Counted from the first letter of the stretch, positions 1 to 8,775 are shown. The stretch: DNA of 64,000 bases from Schmidtea nova (GCA_044892505.1 CM097882.1:203174001-203238000), one strand, 5' to 3'. The notes: generated from the letters alone by a model not told the origin. Numbers and translations are program-made.

Positions 1-214
1 TTGAAAAAAAAAATTATGACTCATCGATGACTCATCGATGACTCATCAAAAAAAAAGTATGACTCATCGATGACTCATCGATGACTCATCGATGACTCAT
101 CAAAAAAAAAAATTTCTACCCCCCCGGGGGGGAGGGGGGGTCTTTGTTCTTTTTTTTCCCGCCCACGCCATGAGTCATAATGTCTTTGTTCCCGGCTCCA
201 CACATCTACCTACT
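1..214. mobile_element. Right terminal inverted repeat (end) of a Polinton copy of the same family as Polinton A
   Basis: Near-identical to 8760-8938; ends ...CACATCTACCTACT (reverse complement AGTAGGTAG, a Polinton-type AGTAG terminus) at 214, directly followed by MCP coding sequence. Confidence 0.85.
17..101. repeat. Seven ATGACTCAT (AP-1/TRE) motifs in 11-bp tandem units within the TIR
   Basis: ATGACTCAT at 17, 28, 39, 59, 70, 81, 92. Confidence 0.9.
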
Positions 215-1188
215 TTTCGGACAAGACTTTGCATATATGATGCACTAAAATTATCATTTTCAAAATCCTGGGTATATGTTTCACGATAATCGGTATTTTT
301 CGACAATGTTAATGAAGTCACATTAAAATGTTTGAATGTAGATGTAGACTCGGTATAAGATCCGTTATATTGATTTTCGGATTGAAAAGCCACAAGAATG
401 AAATTAGGCATTCGTCTATCTCCAAATATTTGCTCCTTGTAAAATGACGATGCCCCTTTACCGATAGCAAACGATACGATTTCTTTTGATTTTAATGGAT
501 AAATTGCATGTTTTTTATTTAAACCAATTTGATGACCGGCCAATACTGAAGAATCACATCGAACTCTTCTTACCATTAATTTTGCATCAACTATTTGGAT
601 TATTGGTTTCCCAGCTGCCGATTTCAATGATAATGCAGAATCAGATCGCTTCAATCTAATATGTACATTAACTCCGGGAAGTAAGTATTTAGGTTGATCC
701 ATAAAATCCAGTTGTAAAGACGAACACATGTTGAAAAGTTTAGATCCCTTGATCCATTTTTTCCGATAGTCAGCTGAACCATATCCCATTGGAGTAAGAC
801 ACGTTTCTTTCGCATCATTCGTATAATTTAAAATAGTTTCGATTATTGCCTTGTGTGCATATGTATTGTTTCCACCCTCGATTTTTATATTATTAAATCC
901 GAGAATTACATCTTTGAAAAGTGTATGAAACAGGTAATTATTAGGAACTACATCACTCGCATCGGCTAGAGCTTTTTTATCTTTATCTACAACTTTGATT
1001 GTAACGGACAATAATGTATCGTTCAAATCCAAATATTCGGTTTGAGAACCATTAATGTAAAATTCAACATCATTTCTACTATCTGTAATAGAATTCATTG
1101 GAAACACATCTTCAAACGCCCCATATTCAATAACTGCTTGAGGTGATGGTCGATCAAAAAGACATAATTCAGATTTACCGCAAATCAT
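215..1188 (-). pseudogene. Double jelly-roll major capsid protein, 3'-truncated at the junction with the upstream Polinton end
   Basis: Aligns with the MCP of Polinton B up to YMQS(L/M)VR; the last residues of ORF 175-1188 (VGRCVEPGTKTL) are read from TIR sequence. Confidence 0.85.
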
Positions 1189-1568
1189 TCTTCAAATATA
1201 GTTCCATGACCTTTCATTCGTTTGTTTATACGTTTTCGTTTACGTCTTGGTCCTACCGGTACAGATTCCGGTTCCTTATTTTTTGTAAACATACTTGTAA
1301 TTGTAGGAAGCATTTGTGTTACAGCAGGTATAGCTTTATTAACTGCGGCCAAAGCATTGGTTTTCAATGACGGTAATATTTTATTATCTTTCATGATAAC
1401 GTCCTTGGCAGTATTCATTCCGAAATTACCTAGTCGTCTAAGAATTGGAAGTGCAAATCTCCCAATAGTTTTTAACCAACCTGATCCATACTGTTTACCG
1501 ACAAAATACGGTAATTCGCCACCAGTTTGGCTATCACTGTACATTGAAACTATATCGGGATTACTCAT
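1185..1568 (-). CDS. Small Polinton virion protein with QxGG/QxGxG motifs and amphipathic helix (pVI-like, inferred)
   Basis: QTGG-ELPYF, QYGSG-WLKTIGRFALPILRRLG, basic C-terminus MKGHG; homolog at 59771-60169. Confidence 0.7.
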   Translation of the reverse strand: MSNPDIVSMYSDSQTGGELPYFVGKQYGSGWLKTIGRFALPILRRLGNFGMNTAKDVIMKDNKILPSLKTNALAAVNKAIPAVTQMLPTITSMFTKNKEPESVPVGPRRKRKRINKRMKGHGTIFEE

Positions 1569-2603
1569 CGTTTTTTCGAAAATGTAGAGTTAAGTGAGTT
1601 TTAGAATCTTTTGGAAATTTTATAAATCTTCCGCTGTCATCCCGGATATTTATTTCTATATTGTTTATACAGGATGTTGAAACAGATAAATACATTGGAT
1701 TATCCATTACTATTTGAACAATTTCATCTGGCTCGTATTTTTCAATCCATACCGATTTTAGTAAAGGAACCAAGGAATCACCAACAATAATGGGTTCGAT
1801 AATGTTTGTATACACGAATAATTGCTGATGAAGTTTAGATATTTTCGGTTGACGAACACCAGAAATGATATTTTTATCGGTAAATGTATCCTTATCTAAT
1901 CCTAATGTATTGACCAAGTATTTATCAAATCGGACTTTAGTAATTTTTTCTTTGAGTTTGAATTTGAACAATTTATTTAATTCGATAACTGTTAAAATTC
2001 CGAACAATTATCGCTAATATATTTCTGTAATTCATCTAGATGCGTTATATACAACTCCTCCTTGAATGTGAATACATGTCCTTCTTCACGATCATACGAT
2101 ATAGTAAAAGTAATTATTTCTTCATCGCTACTGGCCAAGTTTTGCATAACTTTGAATTCACATTCTTCTTGATTACATGTTATTGTCAGATTTTTACTTC
2201 CCATTCGTTTTGCTACATCAAGATCATTAAATGTAATTGTATACGGAACAACATTACACGTGAGAAATATTCTTCCACCTCGTTGCCACAATTCGATATC
2301 AGGATCAATTGTGTGAGTTGGAACATTCAGATGGCCAGTACTATTATATATCGAGAAAAACGCATTTGCAACAATTGTTTTCTTTTTATAGTAATAAATT
2401 TTACAATAACTATAATATGGAAAAGGTTGGTAAACAAATGTAAAATCCATTAGAGCAACTTCCCAATTTCCGTTTAAATAAATTGGATTAGGTAAATTCA
2501 CCATGAATTTACTTGCGGTATTATCCGGATGGATATTCGGACAACTATTGCTCGGTAAAATAGTGTAAAAATTCACTTTACTAGATTTTTTGACGAGATC
2601 CAT
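1561..2603 (-). pseudogene. Minor capsid (penton) protein with a 1-nt frameshift near 1995
   Basis: ORFs 1992-2603 and 1561-2007 together match the single 348-aa ORF at 60162-61208 (LPSNSCP, WEVAL, YxNIIEP, IEINIRDDSG). Confidence 0.8.
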
Positions 2604-3617
2604 GATGGTTCTTTATATCCATGCCATTTGACATAGTATTGTTTATCCTTACCCACCATTTTAGTCTTCAAAATCTTTTGAATTCTAAATATTGTAGGTT
2701 TAGGAATAACTTGTAATTCTTGTTCGTAGAATTTGCCGCTGATTATATTGTTATCAGAGTCACGAATAGTATACATGACAGGATTCTGCACTGTGTTGAC
2801 TTTCGATATTTGATATACCTCATCACTCCAATTATTATCAAAATTTTTAACGAATGGCGATGTACTAATCTTGCTAATTCGAACATGATCATCAACTTTA
2901 TATTTTGGTTTCTTTACTTTCACTTCACTCACAATATTTTCAGTATCAACTACTTCTGCCGGTTTCCTACCATTTATACCCCGATGAGCACTATGATTAT
3001 AACTGTGAATCAATTGAGGTAAGACATTAATCCAGGTTTTATTGCCTTTAAAAACAAAGTATTTTTTCAATCGATCACGTAAAGTTCGATTAAATCTCTC
3101 GACATGAGCGGCTTTGAATTGTGAGAATACCGAATAATGATTTATTCCCTTTATTACTTCCTTGACTTTACTGTTGTAAAATTCCTTTCCTAAAAAATAA
3201 TAAATATATAAAATTATATTTAACTTTACCCAAATCGGTTTGTAAATTAGTTGGCCGATCCTTTTTCATCATTGTCTTGATAGCAATTGCCATGTCATTA
3301 GCAGATTTAGATTTTACTCCAATTGCTCGAGCAAATCTACTGTAAACATCAATACATGTTAAAATATACTTGTACCCCTTGTTAACTTTGGAATACGGAA
3401 TCATTTCCATCAAGTCCATTTGCCACAAATCATTGATTCTATATGTTTTATATGCTCGAGTTGGAAACCGTTTCAACATCGGTTTGTTTAGACTGTATGA
3501 AAGTTGCCCCGATAACCAACTTTGTGTCTGTTGTTTCGACTTCTGTGCTTTTTTCCTTAGCTTTTCGACTCCACCGAAACCGGCGTCGTCTTTTGGGTTC
3601 GTCCAGATCTTCTCCAT
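2573..3617 (-). CDS. Retroviral-type DDE integrase with C-terminal chromodomain; two exons (3617-3230, 3189-2573), 334 aa
   Basis: WQMDL, LQTD and VERFNRT motifs; removing the 40-nt GT..AG segment 3229-3190 restores LQTDLGKEFYN and an open frame to YYVKWHGY. Confidence 0.88.
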
Positions 3618-3669
3618 TGCAACAAGAAGATTTAAAATTTAAATTTAAATTAGGTAATGATTGACCCAT
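3448..3669 (-). CDS. Conserved overprinted small ORF with MGQ start and CC motif (candidate lipidated protein)
   Basis: Alternative frame over the integrase 5' end; homolog at 62051-62284 keeps MGQ..L.NL.LNFKS.CCNG. Confidence 0.6.
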   Translation of the reverse strand: MGQSLPNLNLNFKSSCCNGEDLDEPKRRRRFRWSRKAKEKSTEVETTDTKLVIGATFIQSKQTDVETVSNSSI

Positions 3670-3672
3670 TGT

Positions 3673-4191
3673 TTATGACTTTCTTTTTCCCAATAAACCA
3701 GCACCTCCCAATAAAGATAATGCTAATGGTAACAATGCTGCGATAAAACCACCTTGTTGTTTATATATTACTTTGCGCATAAGTTTTTTATTTTTTGAGT
3801 TTACTAGCGACAACAATGGTTTTTTATGCTTGTTCAAAACACGCCGATTAGATGGAGTTAGATTCATTTTACCCCGCACGACTTTAACTAAAATAGCGAG
3901 TAAATCATCGATGACGTAACTAGGAAACGATTGAAGAATACCCATTCTTCTAACGGAAGGGGCTTTAAGTAATGCATTAAAAAACGGTAAACTCCGATGA
4001 TGTGCTTGTTTAGCATTAGATTTCAAATTAATTTGATTATTTTTGGGAATATTATCCATAAGTATTTTCTTGGATTTCTTTCTTGATTTCTTTATAGATT
4101 TCTTTGTAAATAGTTTCTTTGTTTTCTTTCCCGCTTTCTTTGTTCTAGCCTTTATCAATGGCTCAAACTTTACTCGAGATTTCATTAACAT
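3673..4191 (-). CDS. Basic core-like protein with C-terminal QQGG-FIAALLPLALSLLGG (adenovirus pX-like tail)
   Basis: Lys-rich N-terminus, GG motif followed by hydrophobic peptide; homolog at 62288-62824. Confidence 0.65.
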   Translation of the reverse strand: MLMKSRVKFEPLIKARTKKAGKKTKKLFTKKSIKKSRKKSKKILMDNIPKNNQINLKSNAKQAHHRSLPFFNALLKAPSVRRMGILQSFPSYVIDDLLAILVKVVRGKMNLTPSNRRVLNKHKKPLLSLVNSKNKKLMRKVIYKQQGGFIAALLPLALSLLGGAGLLGKRKS

Positions 4192-4211
4192 GATTACGAT
4201 TGCAAACAGAA

Positions 4212-4835
4212 TTAACTTTGTTTATAAACCATGGCTCCTTCACTGTTAAAAATATCAGTTCTAACGCGTAAATCATCACTACATTGTTGAGTAAAATCAA
4301 GGAAAATATATCCATGAGGAGATTTTGTAGCATCTTGAAAGGCTTCAATCAAAAAGTTACGATTAGAAGGATAAGCTTGTCTTGCCAGAAAATCAATAAC
4401 TGTCGCATCTCTAGGATTTTTAAACACAACAAGATATTGAACATTTAAATTACGAGTTCGATGACTACCGCCCTGATGAAATAAATTCTGAGTTATAAAA
4501 ATAACAGTAACACCTTTATGTCTACTGATTTTCGTAAATAAGTTATTGAAATCCTTTTCTTTATTTGCTTCTTGATACAAGTCGTCAATGATAATCACAT
4601 CACCTTGTTTTAATCTAGATGACCAGTTTTTATCGAAACCTTTAATGATTGTCATTTTTATTTTACAAAACTGATCTTGTGTCATTCCACTTTCGTTGTC
4701 AGCGCCCCTATGCCAATAAATATTATTAAATTTTGACTTGAATAATTTCGATTGCAATAATTTACAAACAAATAAAGTTTTTCCACTCCCGCTCGGACCA
4801 ACAATTTGAAACACTGCATCATTTCTTAATTCCAT
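4212..4835 (-). CDS. Genome packaging ATPase (A32/FtsK-like)
   Basis: Walker A GPSGSGKT, Walker B IIIDD, ISRH and ITQN motifs. Confidence 0.92.
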   Translation of the reverse strand: MELRNDAVFQIVGPSGSGKTLFVCKLLQSKLFKSKFNNIYWHRGADNESGMTQDQFCKIKMTIIKGFDKNWSSRLKQGDVIIIDDLYQEANKEKDFNNLFTKISRHKGVTVIFITQNLFHQGGSHRTRNLNVQYLVVFKNPRDATVIDFLARQAYPSNRNFLIEAFQDATKSPHGYIFLDFTQQCSDDLRVRTDIFNSEGAMVYKQS

Positions 4836-4928
4836 ATTTAAAAATTATATTTTCTTAATATTATTGTTTATATTTGTTTTAAATACCTGTTCTCAAAGTA
4901 ATTATTTCATTTCAAAATATTTTCAGTA

Positions 4929-5396
4929 ATGATTAGAAACATTAATTACAAAGGTAAGACAGATGTATCACACATGAAATTTCCAAATGGAAAACCCCAG
5001 CAAATTGTAGATCGAAGTGGGAAATACCCAATAATATACTTTAAATCAGGAAGATATAGAATAATGGGATGCAGGGAATTTATTAGTGACGAACAAGTTG
5101 AGTTTTACGATTTAAAGATACAATCGATAACTGTAACTGCGGATTTAGGATTTATTTGTAATTTGAATGAATTATCGAAATTAATACCATGTGTTTACGA
5201 GCCAGAATTATTTCCAGCTTTGAGATATATCAAATATAATCCCATGTGTGTAAATATATTTGCAAGTGGGAAATTAGTCATATTAGGATTAAAAAACAAA
5301 GACTATAGTACTATAGTTGATGATATTATTTACGATATAAAATCAATTATAGAAGATAAAGCCTTTGTTGATTTCATACTAACATGTGACTCATGA
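4929..5396 (+). CDS. TATA-box binding protein-like protein encoded by the Polinton
   Basis: Two TBP-like half repeats: KFP..IIYFKSGRYRIMG and YEPELFPALRY..VNIFASGKLVILGLK. Confidence 0.8.
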   Translation: MIRNINYKGKTDVSHMKFPNGKPQQIVDRSGKYPIIYFKSGRYRIMGCREFISDEQVEFYDLKIQSITVTADLGFICNLNELSKLIPCVYEPELFPALRYIKYNPMCVNIFASGKLVILGLKNKDYSTIVDDIIYDIKSIIEDKAFVDFILTCDS

Positions 5397-5571
5397 CTGC
5401 AATATCGATGCATTAGAAATGCACGATTCTGATTGGCTCTGTGTGTATCGATAGAATAAAGACATGTTGTGTATGCTTCATTCTGATTGGTTCATTATGT
5501 GTGTTTCAAATCATGTGTGTTTCTTTGATATATATACTATGAACAATCTCACATAGTTTATATTCACAATA

Positions 5572-6252
5572 ATGTCTCTTACGCAAACACTAATTAAAAG
5601 CCGTAAGGGTTTTAATTATTTATTTATTAAAATTAATATTATTTCTTTTTTAGAAAAACTAATGAACGTAATCTATCGGAAGCTGGATGAACTGTTCCCA
5701 AATCTGATGCCAGCTCTGGTCTACACGGCTCCGGAGATGTTCCCGTACAAGATAATGGTCTTGACGGGAATCGATATAAATCAGATTGTGCTCGATCATA
5801 TGACGAGCCAGAATACAGATCTACCAATGGTACCCGAGCACATTATGTGCGCATATCAATGCGGAAGTTGTGTTGAAAGAATAAGACAATTCAACATCTG
5901 GGTTTTGCGAAACTCGTTGAAATTATTCGATGTCCAGCAAATGGATAAAATCGAGGAGGAAAAGGAGGAACAAGTCAAGGAAACCTGGCCCAACTCTACT
6001 TCGGAGCCGACAGATGATGAAACAACAACAACAACAACAACAGATTTGGAAGCACCAAATCTAGATGGTCCAGTTTCACCTGAACCGATTCAATCATCAT
6101 CATCTGATTGTATGGAGTCGCCACAATCACCGGATTGTATACAATGCCATCGAAAGGCAGATGGTGTTGAGGATGAGGATGAAGAAGAAGAAGAAGAAGA
6201 AGAAGAAGAAGAAGAAGAAGAAGAAAAAGAAAAAGAAGAAGATGAACAATAA
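5572..6252 (+). CDS. Uncharacterised Polinton accessory protein with Cys cluster and poly-Glu tail; probable 51-nt intron 5603-5653
   Basis: 226-codon ORF; CAYQCGSC; (GAA)n run near 6181-6225; AT-rich GTAAG..TTTTAG segment is in frame. Confidence 0.6.
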   Translation: MSLTQTLIKSRKGFNYLFIKINIISFLEKLMNVIYRKLDELFPNLMPALVYTAPEMFPYKIMVLTGIDINQIVLDHMTSQNTDLPMVPEHIMCAYQCGSCVERIRQFNIWVLRNSLKLFDVQQMDKIEEEKEEQVKETWPNSTSEPTDDETTTTTTTDLEAPNLDGPVSPEPIQSSSSDCMESPQSPDCIQCHRKADGVEDEDEEEEEEEEEEEEEEEKEKEEDEQ

Positions 6253-6767
6253 TGATTAATTTGATGTTTTATGTATTTAGTTTTTAGTTATGTTATTTTA
6301 GTTTTGCCATTTTAGATTAATAAAAGTTTATTATTCATTTTAGTTTTTATTTTTTTATTTTAGTTTTAATTTAAATAATAGTAATAGTTTTTAATTAAAA
6401 CATTTTTTTATTAGTAGTTTTTTATTAACTATATAAAATAGTAATTAGTTTTTATTAAATAATTAGTAAGAAAGTGTTTTATGAAAAATAATAATAATTA
6501 TAATAAAAATAATTGTGAAATAAACAAATACATTAGTAGCAGAACATTGCAAACAGAACCCTGGAAGTAGAACTTATTCTGTGATGGTTTTTATATGAAA
6601 AAGCTTCATAATAATTAATTAATTAAACATGCAAACATACAACAAAGATATTGCAATACATGTGCATAGTGTGTGCAAAACAAATGCATGAATATGATTG
6701 GACAAAGACATCCAGTCATCAGTATAAATACAAAGACATTTTATAAAATATTGTCACTATTTACAAC

Positions 6768-7184
6768 ATGCAATCACGAAAACAAAATCTAGATATATGC
6801 GATGAAAAAATATATCAGACTGAGGTAAAACCAGTTCAGATGTACTATGACAGCCGACTTTATTTTTTGGTTAATGAAATACCGTATCGATTATCATATC
6901 CGGTAAAGTTAACAAAATCTTTATATGACAGTCTTGCTGTAATTATTGCCAAGGAAGATATTATCGCATTAAATCGATTATTTTCAAAGATGAATGTTAA
7001 TTTGACATGTAAAGAAACCATGTACATCAATAACAGAAAAACTCGGTTTCATGATGCTTTTCAAACTATTGATTTCATGGATCAAGAACACTGGTTCGTT
7101 ACAGTTATTATTCAAGGGTACAAGATTGATAAAAAAGATGTTGTTACTCCGATTTGGAGAGTTGACAATGCAAGATACGCATAA
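6768..7184 (+). CDS. Uncharacterised conserved Polinton protein (homolog at 14810-15328)
   Basis: Shared KPVQM..FLVNEIP..SY..KL, FHD.FQ...FM..E.WF, P.W....AR.A. Confidence 0.75.
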   Translation: MQSRKQNLDICDEKIYQTEVKPVQMYYDSRLYFLVNEIPYRLSYPVKLTKSLYDSLAVIIAKEDIIALNRLFSKMNVNLTCKETMYINNRKTRFHDAFQTIDFMDQEHWFVTVIIQGYKIDKKDVVTPIWRVDNARYA

Positions 7185-7248
7185 TTGTTTTTTAATAAAT
7201 ATTTTAGTATGAACAAATTTAGTTTTTATATTAGTTTTTGTTTTTAAA

Positions 7249-7845
7249 ATGAAATTAAATATAATTATTTTATTATTATGTGTTCACAATACTGAAGGAG
7301 AACAAGCTTTGGAAGATTGTCAATCATCACATCCGTTTCGAAAACAAGATAGTACTTGCGCGAGTTATAACGATATATGTCTTTACTCAAACATTGAATG
7401 CAATCAAATAAAATTACAATGTAATCAATGTCCTTCCAAAAATAATGTGATTAATAAAGATATTGAAAAAATGATTAACAAAATAATGATGAAAATAGTT
7501 GAACGATTAAAATGTATCAATCAAACCTTTGTTAAAAAAGAATATGAAGTCAGATACCAAAATCAAACAGTTGAAAACGAAAAAACAGCAATTGTATTAC
7601 ATTATATAAGTTTATTTATATTAATAATTATAATGATGTTATCGGCATCCATACGGCTGGAGAAGATTTCAAATATTCCAAATATTCCAAAGAATAATAT
7701 TCCGACAAATACTAGTATTCCGATGAATAATATTACAATGAATAATAATAATATTCCTATGAATAATATTCCGAGTAATAATTCAGATGTAAATAATTTT
7801 GAAACGAAATTTTGTACACGTACACAACGATATATTTATAAATAA
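7249..7845 (+). CDS. Predicted type I membrane protein: signal peptide, Cys-rich ectodomain, TM, Asn-rich tail
   Basis: MKLNIIILLLCVHNTEG; six Cys within about 40 aa; hydrophobic AIVLHYISLFILIIIMMLSASI; NIP/NN repeats. Confidence 0.6.
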   Translation: MKLNIIILLLCVHNTEGEQALEDCQSSHPFRKQDSTCASYNDICLYSNIECNQIKLQCNQCPSKNNVINKDIEKMINKIMMKIVERLKCINQTFVKKEYEVRYQNQTVENEKTAIVLHYISLFILIIIMMLSASIRLEKISNIPNIPKNNIPTNTSIPMNNITMNNNNIPMNNIPSNNSDVNNFETKFCTRTQRYIYK

Positions 7846-8076
7846 ATTTTGGCTTTTTAATGTCTTTGTTTATGTTGCACATGTGTTGCACGCATGTTGC
7901 ATGTGTCTTTGTTTAGTTTGCATGTGTATTGCAATGTCTTTGTTCATGTTGCACGCGTGTTGCAAAGTCCTTGCACGTGTGTTGCAATGTCCTTGCACGT
8001 GTGTTGCAATGTCTTTGTTAACTTGCACGCATGTTGCAAAGTCTTTGTTTAGTTTGAAAGATAATAATAATTAGTC

Positions 8077-8167
8077 GCAGAACATTGCGATCAGAACCCT
8101 GGAAGCAGAACATTGCGATCAGAACCCTGGAAGCAGAACATTGCGATCAGAACCCTGGAAGCAGAAC
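8077..8167 (+). repeat. 28-bp tandem repeat x3 (GCAGAACATTGCGATCAGAACCCTGGAA)
   Basis: Three head-to-tail copies; one diverged copy near 6539. Confidence 0.9.
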
Positions 8168-8481
8168 CTCTTCTGTGATGGTTTTGAAGTGCAAAAGCGT
8201 CATACTTGACAAATAATAATTAATTAAACATGCACACATACAAAAATGTCTTTGTTTAGTTTGCACACCTGTTGCAAATATTTTTGACGACTCTAATTTT
8301 TAGTTATAAAAAAGTTGTGTTAAATAAAAAATTTTTGTAAAAAAATTTGGTGTTAAAAAATTTGACTTGAAATAAAAAATTTATGTTAAAAAATTTTTGT
8401 TAAAAAATTTATGTTAAAAAATAAAAAAATTTGTCAAAAAAAAAATATTTGTCTAAAAAAAAAATTTTTGAAAAAAAAAAA

Positions 8482-8755
8482 TGGCGCGAAAAAAAAATTT
8501 TGAAAAAAAAAATGGCGCGAAAAAAATTTTTGAAAAAAAAATGGCGCGAAAAAAATTTTTAAAAAAAAAATTTGGCGCGAAAAAAAATTTTGAAAAAAAA
8601 AATTTGGCGCGAAAAAAATTTTTGAAAAAAAAATTTGGCGCGAAAAAAATTTTTGAAAAAAAATTTTTGAAAAAAAAAATTTGGCGCGAAAAAAAATTTT
8701 GAAAAAAAAATTTGGCGCGAAAAAAATTTTTGAAAAAAAAATTTGGCGCGAAAAA
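8482..8755. promoter_or_regulatory. Subterminal tandem array of nine GGCGCGAAA (E2F-consensus) units, about 30 bp period
   Basis: Six copies read TTTGGCGCGAAA, three ATGGCGCGAAA; most units also carry TTTTGAAAA. Confidence 0.6.
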
Positions 8756-8775
8756 AATTTTTGAAAAAAAAAATT

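Noticed and set aside
3443-3664. Plus-strand ORF that appears conserved with 62046-62264
   Set aside because: Antisense shadow of the doubly coding integrase/overprinted region; start codons not conserved
8077-8167. 28-bp repeats and 11-bp repeats as a CRISPR array
   Set aside because: Units are head-to-tail with no unique spacers, no cas genes, eukaryotic context
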